64,000 nt of DNA from positions 1 to 64,000 of IMG/VR virus record IMGVR_UViG_3300028833_000124, one strand, 5' to 3'. Position numbers and translations under genes: made by a program. Position 1 is the first letter of the stretch. Every line of letters starts with the position of its first letter. This DNA comes from a virus. Lineage: Duplodnaviria > Caudoviricetes. The notes beneath the pieces are model-generated. The model ran no database searches, had not been told where the DNA came from, and was given only the letters and a program-made list of their open reading frames with translations. This document shows positions 21,439-31,045 of the stretch, piece by piece.

Positions 21439-21861
21439 TTATTCAAAAACTCCCAAAGAGCTTAATTCTTCATGAACATACTCTTTTAGTTTTGGAGCAA
21501 TTTTTCTTGCAGTACGAGTAACAAAAGGATTAGCAGGCATCTTTGAAGTTCCATATTGTACAAATTGCCAGTATAATGTCCCATTACTTCTTGCATTACT
21601 CCTTAATTCACCAGAACATTTATTCTTCTTATATTTATGAATACTTCTTTGCAAATTTCCAGTTGGCTTGTAAGGTGGAACCGACCTTGACATACTATGC
21701 CCTGGTCTTGGAACTTCACGTTTGATAATGTTCTCCGCTTCAGATAATGTATGATCTATTCCACGGTCAATTGCATCTTCAAACTTCGCACCACTTTTCA
21801 AACCTAACTTTTTATAATAAGAATCAGAGAAATCTACGTTCACAGTAAAAAGATTACCCAT
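21439..21861 (-). CDS. HK97 gp10-like tail completion protein
   Basis: TGNLQRSI...YWQFVQYGTSKMPANPFV. Confidence 0.8.
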   Translation of the reverse strand: MGNLFTVNVDFSDSYYKKLGLKSGAKFEDAIDRGIDHTLSEAENIIKREVPRPGHSMSRSVPPYKPTGNLQRSIHKYKKNKCSGELRSNARSNGTLYWQFVQYGTSKMPANPFVTRTARKIAPKLKEYVHEELSSLGVFE

Positions 21862-21863
21862 AC

Positions 21864-22208
21864 TTAGATTCCCCCTCTTGAATTATTTCTTAATTTTTGC
21901 AACAGTATTGTTTTATGAGGTAACAAACCATGATTCCAATTTTCCGGAGTTCCTATTACTTCATAAGATTCCCCATTAACTTTAACTAAATCAGTATCAT
22001 GGATTTCTGTGTTTTCATCAACAATTAACTTATAAGTGTCAGTTAAAATTTTCCCAAATTCTTTTAAACTTGATGAATCGGATTGACGTTGAAAATTCCC
22101 TTTCACAGTTTCACGAAGTTCATAACCGGTTTTAGTACCATGGTAATCGTAATCATCTTCAGTATAAGAATATAATTCGATTTCTTCATTTGGAAAAAAC
22201 ACAGGCAT
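21864..22208 (-). CDS. Head closure (stopper) protein
   Basis: Size, synteny, DLVKVNGESYEVIG..PENW motif. Confidence 0.6.
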   Translation of the reverse strand: MPVFFPNEEIELYSYTEDDYDYHGTKTGYELRETVKGNFQRQSDSSSLKEFGKILTDTYKLIVDENTEIHDTDLVKVNGESYEVIGTPENWNHGLLPHKTILLQKLRNNSRGGI

Positions 22209-22211
22209 AAT

Positions 22212-22787
22212 TTACACCAACCATCGAACACGTGGGGAATTATAAGATGCTTTTAAACCTTCAATTCGAGTGTAGATACGATTTCCAAGACTGTTGCTTG
22301 TATCGTAACTAACTGATTGGTCTGCTTCATGAATACTTGATATCTCACCAGCATTTTGATTTAAACTAGTGAAACCATACAAGACCATATCAGAAATTAA
22401 TGGATTGAGTTTAGTTTTAATATCCTCATCAGATAATGCGTGAATATATTCAATAACCAACATACCATTATGGAAGTTATTAAGATAAAAGATACCAGCA
22501 GTTTCATCAAGGACATAATCCACATCTTCTGTTAATTCAACACCATCAATTTTAAAAGAAGTAACTTCTTGTATAGGGTACCAATCTGATTCAAATAAAT
22601 CACCATGGAAATCTTTTTTGATTTGCTTACGATTTACAGGGTTAACTGGTAATCCAGTCAGGGCAGTAATTTCAGCAACTTTCAAATCAATCAAAGATTT
22701 TAAAACACTTTCATCTTCTAAATCAGAATCAGATACCCCTTGTAATTTTAAAGTGTTTTTTAGTTCTTCAGGAGTAATTAAACTCAA
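22212..22787 (-). CDS. Head-tail adaptor protein
   Basis: SLITPEELK..L...ISSIHEADQSVSY; start uncertain (TTG at 22787 chosen; the ORF-track start at 22868 lies in an AT-run spacer). Confidence 0.6.
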   Translation of the reverse strand: MSLITPEELKNTLKLQGVSDSDLEDESVLKSLIDLKVAEITALTGLPVNPVNRKQIKKDFHGDLFESDWYPIQEVTSFKIDGVELTEDVDYVLDETAGIFYLNNFHNGMLVIEYIHALSDEDIKTKLNPLISDMVLYGFTSLNQNAGEISSIHEADQSVSYDTSNSLGNRIYTRIEGLKASYNSPRVRWLV

Positions 22788-22873
22788 TTCATTGATGATA
22801 ATCCCTCCCTTTAAAAAAAATATAAAATTTATAAAAAAAAATAATAAAAAGGATTTAAAATATTTCATAAACC

Positions 22874-23011
22874 CTAGTCTTTTCCATCATTAGATGAAGC
22901 AGGAGTAGTAGATGTACTGTCTCCTTTGATTTGGTCCATGAGATAATTAAATCTATCTTTTTTACTATGTTTGCATTTTTCAGGCAAGTCTGCCCAGTAA
23001 TCTTTTGCCAT
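22874..23011 (-). CDS. 45-aa protein downstream of the capsid gene
   Basis: Hand translation MAKDYWADLPEKCKHSKKDRFNYLMDQIKGDSTSTTPASSNDGKD with GAGGAAG RBS. Confidence 0.55.
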   Translation of the reverse strand: MAKDYWADLPEKCKHSKKDRFNYLMDQIKGDSTSTTPASSNDGKD

Positions 23012-23035
23012 AAATATCAACTTCCTCAGTTATAT

Positions 23036-24118
23036 TTAAGCATTGGATTTTGCATTTTTAGTGTATGGTACAACAATAGTATCCATATCTCTGTGGATTT
23101 TAGCATCAGCGTTAGCAACAACCGCAATTTTGTAACCAAGGATGTTAATATCAAATTGGGATAAAATTTCTGCATCGTGTAACATACCGAAGCATAAGTT
23201 GGATGGATCACCAATAAATGCATATCTTAAATCAGTTACGTTGGAACCATTACCTGCTGGTAAACCAGTAGTAGTGTTAATTTTCATGGTATCCCAACCG
23301 TGTCTGGTTTCTCTGAGAATATTGTCTTGTTTAACTTCCATTCCCATAATCATTGGGATTTTACCATCCTTAAGGATAGCGTCACCGAAGTCAGATTCAC
23401 GGGTTGCAATGTCTCTTACAACTTTGGTGTACATTTGAGGAGGTACAACAATGTTAGCGTTTTTCATGTTACCATCTTGGTCAACATATAATTCAGCTGC
23501 ATCGAGTAATCCTTCTAATGCATTATTACTGTATACTAATGGTGCCATACCATTTGCATCAGTAGTGTTGTCAGCTTGAATAGCTTTAGCTTGAGCAAGA
23601 ATACCATTGTTAGTTGCAAAACCAGTTGCTTCACCGGTTTGAGTATTTACACTAGAATCAGAGTAAATACCAAATCTTTCAAGAGCAGGACCAGATTGTT
23701 CACCAACGTAACTGGTGAAGATAGTTAAGAACTCTTCTTTAGCAATGTTTTCTAATAAGAAGTTTCTTGAAATACTGGTCATTGCTTGTAAAGGTTTAGC
23801 AATTAATTGTTTCCTACCGAATTTAGGTGCAGTTTCATTTTGAGTTAATGGAGTTGAAGCACCGGTGGAAGGGTCTCTTTGTGCATCGAAGTCTAAGTCT
23901 ACATCTAAATCATCAATGTCTCTGATTAAAGCAGACATGGTTAATACACGAGATTGTTTTAATAATTCTGGTTCGTGTTGTACTGGGGTGAAGAAGTCTT
24001 CTTCAAATTCTGGTTCAGCCCATGCAGGGTTTAATTTACCTTCTGCATCGAATGCTCCATCAGCAAATTTCACATTAAAGTTTTGTTGTCCTAAGATTTT
24101 TTCTTCTATAGATATCAT
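23036..24118 (-). CDS. Major capsid protein (HK97 fold)
   Basis: 360 aa after protease/scaffold; ISRNFLLENI, GMEVKQD, AFIGDPSNLCFG motifs. Confidence 0.85.
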   Translation of the reverse strand: MISIEEKILGQQNFNVKFADGAFDAEGKLNPAWAEPEFEEDFFTPVQHEPELLKQSRVLTMSALIRDIDDLDVDLDFDAQRDPSTGASTPLTQNETAPKFGRKQLIAKPLQAMTSISRNFLLENIAKEEFLTIFTSYVGEQSGPALERFGIYSDSSVNTQTGEATGFATNNGILAQAKAIQADNTTDANGMAPLVYSNNALEGLLDAAELYVDQDGNMKNANIVVPPQMYTKVVRDIATRESDFGDAILKDGKIPMIMGMEVKQDNILRETRHGWDTMKINTTTGLPAGNGSNVTDLRYAFIGDPSNLCFGMLHDAEILSQFDINILGYKIAVVANADAKIHRDMDTIVVPYTKNAKSNA

Positions 24119-24162
24119 AAAAATTATCTCCTAAGAGTTTTAGTTTAAAAGTCGAAAAGTGT

Positions 24163-24178
24163 GTTACAAATTTGTAAC
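24163..24178. promoter_or_regulatory. Perfect 16-bp palindrome GTTACAAATTTGTAAC upstream of the capsid gene
   Basis: Read directly; contains the GTTACAA core also seen at 26445, 41036 and 43801. Confidence 0.5.
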
Positions 24179-24209
24179 GGGTTAAAAAAAAAATATTTAA
24201 ATTATAATT

Positions 24210-25424
24210 TTATACGTAATCAAGGTTTCTACCGAATTCATCACGTCTAATTTTATTTTTAGACATGGATTTTTCTTCTAATTTACGTGAAGTTTTCCTA
24301 GATTCTTTTTTGAATTTGTCAAATTTGGATTTGATTGATTTTTCATTCATTTGTTTGACAATCTCATCGTGAACCATTTGTGGGATTGATTTTTCTTCAA
24401 TACAATCTTCATCGGATTTTTCATCTTCTGGTGATTCAGTTTCATCTTCTTTTTCTAAATCTCCAGTTTCTGGTTCACTTATTCCTGCTTCAGATTTAAC
24501 TTCTTCTGTTTCTTCTTCAGGTTCAATAACTTCAGGTTCTTCAGTAGAAGCATCTTCTTCTTTTGGTTCGTCTTCAGGAATTTCTTTTTCATCAACAGTA
24601 TCTTGAATAGTATTACTTGCTTTTAATTCTGCAATTACACGGTCTGCAACTTCTTGTGCAGCTTTACTTGCAGAAGCATCAGAAATACTTTCAAGCTCTG
24701 GACGAAGATTGTCAATGATACGAGGTTCTAATTCAGCAACAACCTCATTCATTAAATCTTTCACTGCATTTGTTTGAGCCTCAGATAAACCAGCACCAAC
24801 ATCATCATTATTATTAGCTTTTTCTTCTACTGGTTCTTCTGGAATTTCTTCTTCAATTTTTTCATTGTCTTTCTTTTCCATAGTTTCACCATCATCGTTT
24901 GTTATCGCGTGATAACATGCACCAGTCAAACAGTTGCTGGCTATCAAATTTTGGCTTTTATATTCAACAGTACCGTAGGTATCCCAGTTCATTGGGATGT
25001 AGGTTAAGGTAATGTCTTTCAAGTCATAATCAACAATTAACAAGCCTTCTGGTGTTCTTTGTTTTTTAGGGAATCCGGAAATACTGAAACCGAAGTTCAT
25101 TCCGATGTCAAGTCTTTCTTTGATTCCTTTTGCATATTCGGATAAGATAGTTCCTTTAATCCAAAGTTGATTATCTTTTATCCATGCATCAATGACTGCA
25201 CCAATTCCACCTTCGTAATGTCTATTGTGGTCACGGTATATGTTGATCCCAATAGCTTGTTTTGCTAATGAGTTTAATACTTCAGGTGATACGATTTCAT
25301 TAGCATAGTCTTTGTTGGTGGTGGAAGCGACTCCGATAATTGTTAATGTTCCATCATCGTTTAAGTCATAGGATTTACTTTCAATGGGTAAACCGTAGAC
25401 ACGATATTCCATAGCTTCAGTCAT
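24210..25424 (-). CDS. Prohead protease with acidic scaffold-like C-terminus
   Basis: IIGVASTTNKDYANEIV...DHN...GFSISG...ITLTYIPMN (HK97-type protease); Glu/Pro-rich tail. Confidence 0.85.
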   Translation of the reverse strand: MTEAMEYRVYGLPIESKSYDLNDDGTLTIIGVASTTNKDYANEIVSPEVLNSLAKQAIGINIYRDHNRHYEGGIGAVIDAWIKDNQLWIKGTILSEYAKGIKERLDIGMNFGFSISGFPKKQRTPEGLLIVDYDLKDITLTYIPMNWDTYGTVEYKSQNLIASNCLTGACYHAITNDDGETMEKKDNEKIEEEIPEEPVEEKANNNDDVGAGLSEAQTNAVKDLMNEVVAELEPRIIDNLRPELESISDASASKAAQEVADRVIAELKASNTIQDTVDEKEIPEDEPKEEDASTEEPEVIEPEEETEEVKSEAGISEPETGDLEKEDETESPEDEKSDEDCIEEKSIPQMVHDEIVKQMNEKSIKSKFDKFKKESRKTSRKLEEKSMSKNKIRRDEFGRNLDYV

Positions 25425-25439
25425 TTTGTATCACAATTC

Positions 25440-26440
25440 TAAAATTTTTATAGGTTTTTGTTCTTTTCACTGATTGAAAGTGATTTTTATCTTTTAACCT
25501 TTATTCTTAATTTTTTTTAGATAGCAAGAGCTAACACGAACCTATTTTGCTAAAAAAATAATATAAAGAATGAAAAGGTTTAAGATTTGTTAAAGAACAT
25601 ATGATAAATTTTAAATAGTTTTTTTTATAGGTGGAAATAATCCTATTTGATTTTAGGATGTGTTTTTGTTTCGATTATTAAAATAGTGAAAAAAGTGAAA
25701 AGAGAGTGAAAAAATGAAAAAAACTTTTTTTAATATTTTAATAAGCATTTTAGAGGATTATTTCAAATTTAGAGTTACCTATAAAAAAAACTACGCAGAT
25801 GTATATAGAGGAGGTAAAAAAATTACTTTTTCTACCCGAGGCACATATTTTGTTTGACGCAAAAAGTAAAAGGCTTTGTGCAGAAGCAGAGTTTTTTGTG
25901 TTTAGTGAGGGTAGGATAGTTTAGTGACATAACTACCCAGGATTGGTCAAAGTCGAATAAACCAAAAAAAATATTGGTGATTTTTTTTATGAAGATTCGT
26001 AGATATCAGATAAAGCAAACGAAGTTCATTTTTTTTTACTAAACAGCCTTTTTTTTAGGTGAATAGTTTAGCCACGTGTTCAGGTGGAGTCCTATTAAAG
26101 TAGCGAAATGACTTTGATAAAATTTGAAAAAGACCAAATAATATATGGACTTGGTCTTTTTCAAGTTGAGGTTTTAAAATAGAAAGTTGTTATATTCGAT
26201 GAATTTTAAAGGTTTGGAGGATTAAAAGATACATGGATAAAAATCTTTTTATCCTCCAATGTTTGTTTTTTTAATATACCTTTATTTTGGAGACTTGTAT
26301 ATTAAAATAGTTGTTTTTGACTATTATTTTCAGTTTTTTAAATGACAGAATTTAATTTTTTTTTTACACCATTTTTTTTGGGTGATGTGAAGGTTTAAAC
26401 TTCAGTATTTATCACCATATGATTTTATGTTGGGGGTTTG
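25440..26440 (-). ncRNA. Candidate long structured RNA or leader (no long ORF, hairpin-dense)
   Basis: No ORF of 60 aa or more over 25425-26568; many stems including a perfect 14-bp and a 17-bp (1 mismatch) stem; strand inferred from context. Confidence 0.35.
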
Positions 26441-26444
26441 GTTG

Positions 26445-26455
26445 TATTGTAACAC
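26445..26455 (-). promoter_or_regulatory. GTGTTACAATA motif (putative viral promoter/operator)
   Basis: Identical 11-mer at 41036-41046; 10-mer at 43801-43810. Confidence 0.45.
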
Positions 26456-26568
26456 TTAAATGTAATAAATATTTTACAATGTATTTGGTCTATTAAAAAA
26501 GGCCACAACCTTCACTCAAAAAGCCATGACCTATAATACACTAATGCAATAAACATAAAAAAACAGAA

Positions 26569-26874
26569 TTAAGTAACACTAACCAGAACACCATCCTTAT
26601 CATAACCCCCACCTTTACCAGGTAAACCTGGAGCAGGAGAAACAGTATACCACACAGCCTCATCAGCAGTTTCAGATATCAACAATTCATGAAGATCATC
26701 TTCAAAACGATAAAAAGTATCATCCTCAAACCGTTCAGTAGAATAAGATTTAAAATCCCCATCAACCTCAATATTCAAAACCGCATCAGATAACTTGAGG
26801 AACAAATCAAATTTATTAAGTAAATCTTTGATAAGCATGATATTCACCAGTTTAGTTAATAATAGATTATGCAT
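26569..26874 (-). CDS. Small acidic protein, candidate immunity protein for the MuF toxin
   Basis: Immediately downstream of the MuF-toxin gene; function is inference. Confidence 0.45.
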   Translation of the reverse strand: MHNLLLTKLVNIMLIKDLLNKFDLFLKLSDAVLNIEVDGDFKSYSTERFEDDTFYRFEDDLHELLISETADEAVWYTVSPAPGLPGKGGGYDKDGVLVSVT

Positions 26875-26892
26875 ATCTTCCTATAAATATTT

Positions 26893-29700
26893 TTAGATAT
26901 AAGTGAAATCAGTTGGTTTAAGACTTCTCCATTTCGCAACGGCCCAATCATAAGTGATTTTATGAAGCTTAATCCACTCATCCCAAGGAACCATCTCATA
27001 AACATAAAGACCAACATTTCTTTGCATAGTAGCTTGAGATTTATCAGCTAAATCATCCATAGCAGCCATGGAACCAGTCTCAGCCCAATTCTCAGAGATA
27101 TCAATTTTTCTCCAACCATCACCATACCAAGAACAATGCTCAACACGATAACCATTATCACTTAACCATTTCTCTTCTTCTTTAACAATATCCTTCCATT
27201 CTTTAGTGGAACAAATACCATATTCACGTTTATTTATGGCTTCACGAGCATCCCAATATTCACTGCGAGAATACTTTGAAGGGTTCTTAAGAACATCAAC
27301 ATATTTCTTTTTAGTTAAACTAAAATCAAGACAATGACTCATTTCATGATACATAGTCTGCCGAACATTACCCCTTTCGGTTTGATTCCTGTTAAATGAA
27401 TTAGGTAACACTCTAACAACTTTATCATTCCAAGTAGTATAACCTAAAGTTCTTCTTTTATTTTCATTAACAAAATCAATACCATTAGTTGCGAATTTAA
27501 AAATATCCGGAGACTCTTTATACATCTTTATAATCTCTTTCAAATCATAAGTACATTTGCCAGAGTTAGTATTATCAATGTATTTTTTAGCCCCAGTATT
27601 TTTAGTGAAGTAAACATCAAGATTAATCACTACATCATGGTTAATTGTTTTACCAGTTTTTGAATCAGTGAAAGTTAAGTGATCTGTGAACTTCTGAGTA
27701 GGTCGACCTTTACTATCAGTACCACGCTCATAATCCAAATTATAAAATGCTGCAACATCTTCAGGAGTTTTCAAATTATCATAAGTCAACTCAGATGTTG
27801 GTCTTGACTGTTCGGATTTAGGTTGATTATTTGAAGTTTTTCTTTTACGTGGTTCTTTATAATCTTCACGAATTCCTCTGCGAATTGTAAATCCACGGTC
27901 TAACCATTCTTGAGTATTAAATCCTTTAAGAAGAGAATCACCAAAAGTTTTATTATATAAATCTTTTAATTGTTTCTCATCCATTATACCTTTAGCTTTG
28001 GCATCTTGAACTTTCTGTAATGCATCGACTTGTGCGCTTTTGTACACTACTTCCATTTCATATTGACCATGCCTTACTGTGTGCAAATCAAGTTTTTCGG
28101 TACTGTGAATGTACCATAATTCCTTGTTAGATACAATGATATGTTCTGAACCGGACAAGCTTCTGACATGCTTTAAATCAGTTAAGCTAGGGAATGTTTG
28201 GTCTTCACTATTTGAGATTGTTCTGATTGTGTTGCATTGTTTATCAACATAATAATCTCTGAAGTTAATAACTCCACGTTGGCCTCTGATTTCTTTACCA
28301 ATTAATTCACCAGTTTCTGGGTTGAACTCATAACCGTATCTGTTTTGGTTTTTAACCTTTTTAGTTGACCATTTAAGAATCTCTTCAAGTGTAGTTTCAT
28401 TTAATGGTAAGTCTTTTTTCAAGTCAGATACTTTTTCATCATATTTTGGTTCCGGTAAAGGTTCAGGTTTTGGCTCCGGTTTAGGTTCTGGTTTTGGAGT
28501 TGGTTCTTCTTTCTTAGGTTTAGGTTTTTCCTTTTTAGGTTTAACCGGTTTAGTTTCACCACCTAAAGCTTTTTTCTTCAACTCTAAAAACTTCTTCTCC
28601 AAGAAAGCTAAACGTTTCTGATGCTTTGCAATCTCTTCAGCAGGAGCATCAGGATTATCTTTCAACCATTGTCTTTGCCTTGGAATGTTGCGTTTGCAAC
28701 TATCATATTTCTCCCGTTCAGCAGGACGCAAGTTTTTCATTAACTGTTCCTTTGTAGGTTCAGGTAAATCTTCTTCCTGTTTGCGAACAGTTACAGATAA
28801 AGGAGTTAAATTAATAACTGGAGGATTACTTGGAGGGTCAGTTTTAGTTTCCCAAACAGTTAAGTAAGTGCATCTGCAATGAGGATGAAACGGAGGGAAA
28901 CGCCCACCTTTAATTAAACTAACAATACTATGAACCTTTTCCCTTTCAAGTAATTCCGGAGAAAATACTCTTGGTTCATCTTTATTGAATTTATAAGCAT
29001 ATTCAAGACAGGTAGTGCAAACATGACTATCCTCAGCAGTTAACAGTTTAACATCAACAAATCCTTCATTTAAATATGATTGCACCATACCAGTATTCTG
29101 CATACGGGAGGTTTCTGTTTTCGCAATCATTGTTGCTCTTTGACGAGCAGTTAATGGTGAACCATCTAATGGAGTAACACCGGCTTTCTGCAATGTCCTT
29201 GCAAGATTATAAGGGTTTTCACCAGATATGATTCCTTGCAATATTTTATTTTTAACTGTAGCTTGCAGGTCTCCAGTTAAACTTTGTATTAAATGATAAT
29301 TGTAATCTTTAGCTAAGCGGATAGCTTGAATGTCCGCATCTGTGTAACGGATAGTTTCACGGATATTCTCATAACCTTTTTGTTTACCATGGTCATATAT
29401 AGCGTCAAGTAAATCATCAACATCTTCATAACTGTTATCGAATATATCATCCCATGCATCTTCTAAAGCATCAAAGATTTCTTTTTCTATTTCTGCATGT
29501 TCAAAGAAATAATCTATTGCTTCATCAGATTCTAACCATGCGATTGATTCTCCAATTTGACTGTCAAGCAGATCATCAATTAACTGATAGTATTTACTGG
29601 TATCTTCATCATTGATACTTTTACTATCAAACAATCCCCATAAATCTAATTCATCAATTAATAATTGATTTGTGAGAACCCTTTCGTTTACAGTTATCAT
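26893..29700 (-). CDS. MuF (Phage_Mu_F/SPP1 gp7-like) minor head protein with C-terminal JAB-like and zinc-metallopeptidase extensions
   Basis: RATMIAKTETSR, VCTTC, PPFHPHCRC (MuF); PKPE linker; HEMSH...ENWAE zincin motif. Confidence 0.8.
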   Translation of the reverse strand: MITVNERVLTNQLLIDELDLWGLFDSKSINDEDTSKYYQLIDDLLDSQIGESIAWLESDEAIDYFFEHAEIEKEIFDALEDAWDDIFDNSYEDVDDLLDAIYDHGKQKGYENIRETIRYTDADIQAIRLAKDYNYHLIQSLTGDLQATVKNKILQGIISGENPYNLARTLQKAGVTPLDGSPLTARQRATMIAKTETSRMQNTGMVQSYLNEGFVDVKLLTAEDSHVCTTCLEYAYKFNKDEPRVFSPELLEREKVHSIVSLIKGGRFPPFHPHCRCTYLTVWETKTDPPSNPPVINLTPLSVTVRKQEEDLPEPTKEQLMKNLRPAEREKYDSCKRNIPRQRQWLKDNPDAPAEEIAKHQKRLAFLEKKFLELKKKALGGETKPVKPKKEKPKPKKEEPTPKPEPKPEPKPEPLPEPKYDEKVSDLKKDLPLNETTLEEILKWSTKKVKNQNRYGYEFNPETGELIGKEIRGQRGVINFRDYYVDKQCNTIRTISNSEDQTFPSLTDLKHVRSLSGSEHIIVSNKELWYIHSTEKLDLHTVRHGQYEMEVVYKSAQVDALQKVQDAKAKGIMDEKQLKDLYNKTFGDSLLKGFNTQEWLDRGFTIRRGIREDYKEPRKRKTSNNQPKSEQSRPTSELTYDNLKTPEDVAAFYNLDYERGTDSKGRPTQKFTDHLTFTDSKTGKTINHDVVINLDVYFTKNTGAKKYIDNTNSGKCTYDLKEIIKMYKESPDIFKFATNGIDFVNENKRRTLGYTTWNDKVVRVLPNSFNRNQTERGNVRQTMYHEMSHCLDFSLTKKKYVDVLKNPSKYSRSEYWDAREAINKREYGICSTKEWKDIVKEEEKWLSDNGYRVEHCSWYGDGWRKIDISENWAETGSMAAMDDLADKSQATMQRNVGLYVYEMVPWDEWIKLHKITYDWAVAKWRSLKPTDFTYI
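28441..28560 (-). repeat. Degenerate 12-nt tandem repeats encoding the (PKPE)n linker
   Basis: Protein KPVKPKKEKPKPKKEEPTPKPEPKPEPKPEPLPEPK. Confidence 0.7.
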
Positions 29701-31031
29701 TAGTATTCTTTCCTTAATCTTTCCATGAGTAATGCTTTTTGCAAGTTTTTATTTTCTAAAGCAAGACTTTTAGAATCAGAAGTTAATAATTGATTTACAC
29801 CAGCTTGACCATATCCTAATGGTTCGTCACCCCAATCCACAGGGTCCCAACCATAATTTTTACGGACCTCATTAACAGTACGTATTCCATCACGTATCTG
29901 TGTTGATTCAATGTTGGCTCTTTTCAGTTCATCTTCAATATCCATTTCATTGAATTGGAATACTTCATCAAAGCCATTACGGCCTAATGCTTTGTTGAAT
30001 GCTGCTTCATAAAATTTTGCTTTAGCATTCATCACATTTTTGAACTGTTCTTTTTGAGCTTCACCATTACCGCTTCCAAGGTTTGCGGTTTCGATAACTC
30101 CAATCATTGCTGGGGGTACACGGAATAAACTTATAATCATATCTCTGCACATGTTCATCATGTTAACATAATCCATGTCTTTATTGGTGACTTTTGCAGA
30201 TTGATATGATGCTCCTTTAACTGCTAACATTCCACCTTTCTCCCTGACTTGTGATTGTATCATAGCTTGCAATCGGAGCAATTCTTTATTGAATAGGTTA
30301 TCTTCCATATCCTTATCAAAACTTAATATTGCAGTTGGATCAATACCTGCATTTTCCATTAGTTTTTGATTGTAGTCTAATCCAAGCCACATCATCAGTA
30401 ATGGTTTTTGGATTGTTTCCAATTTGGATACGCCGAATTTTGATTCTTTAAATTCAATGGATGGTTCGTAGATATGGATTAATTCATCCGGTTCATATCT
30501 TATATTTGGTTTATTCCTGAAACCATATTGGTCGGTATCATCAAACCATCTTAACAAGCTTGCAGGCACATATTGTAACCCATTAATGATATGGTAATTG
30601 TTATGGTCATAGTCAAATTCTTCATAGTTTACTTCGATAAATGTATCTCCTATGAGTTCTTGACTGTTAACTAATTGTCTGATAAATACGGGGAATGTTA
30701 ATGCTGATTCATTCCCTTCAGGTTGATTGAATAAATTAGTAAGGTAACGTGTGTTGTTCACGTTGACTGTGAATTCATCTGGATTGTTTATCTTAAACCC
30801 ATTAATCAGGAAAGTGTCTGATATTGCATTTACACAACTAAAGACATATGGGTTCTGTTGTGCTTTTTTAAAGAATGAGAATTCACCAGCTGTTTTATTA
30901 GCTATACTAAATAAGAAACCATATTGGCGCACATACTCTTGGAAGAGACTATCTTCATATGGTTTTCGGATTACTGGCATTACAGCATTCCTAAATTTTG
31001 ATTTTATATTCATACGAAAGTTATCTAACAT
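29700..31031 (-). CDS. Portal protein (HK97-type)
   Basis: NPYVFSCVNAISD, LIGDTFIEV, FGVSKL, IISLFRVPPAMIG, GIRTVNEVR. Confidence 0.92.
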   Translation of the reverse strand: MLDNFRMNIKSKFRNAVMPVIRKPYEDSLFQEYVRQYGFLFSIANKTAGEFSFFKKAQQNPYVFSCVNAISDTFLINGFKINNPDEFTVNVNNTRYLTNLFNQPEGNESALTFPVFIRQLVNSQELIGDTFIEVNYEEFDYDHNNYHIINGLQYVPASLLRWFDDTDQYGFRNKPNIRYEPDELIHIYEPSIEFKESKFGVSKLETIQKPLLMMWLGLDYNQKLMENAGIDPTAILSFDKDMEDNLFNKELLRLQAMIQSQVREKGGMLAVKGASYQSAKVTNKDMDYVNMMNMCRDMIISLFRVPPAMIGVIETANLGSGNGEAQKEQFKNVMNAKAKFYEAAFNKALGRNGFDEVFQFNEMDIEDELKRANIESTQIRDGIRTVNEVRKNYGWDPVDWGDEPLGYGQAGVNQLLTSDSKSLALENKNLQKALLMERLRKEY

Positions 31032-31045
31032 TATAATTATCTCCC

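Noticed and set aside
26471-26500. Minus-strand TTTTTAATAGACCAAATACATTGTAAAAT, loosely like Methanobacteriales CRISPR repeats (possible solitary-repeat anti-CRISPR RNA)
   Set aside because: Single copy, similarity recalled from memory and only partial in AT-rich DNA. The AGACCAAATA core is better explained as an inverted repeat of 26131-26140. A CRISPRCasdb repeat search would settle it.
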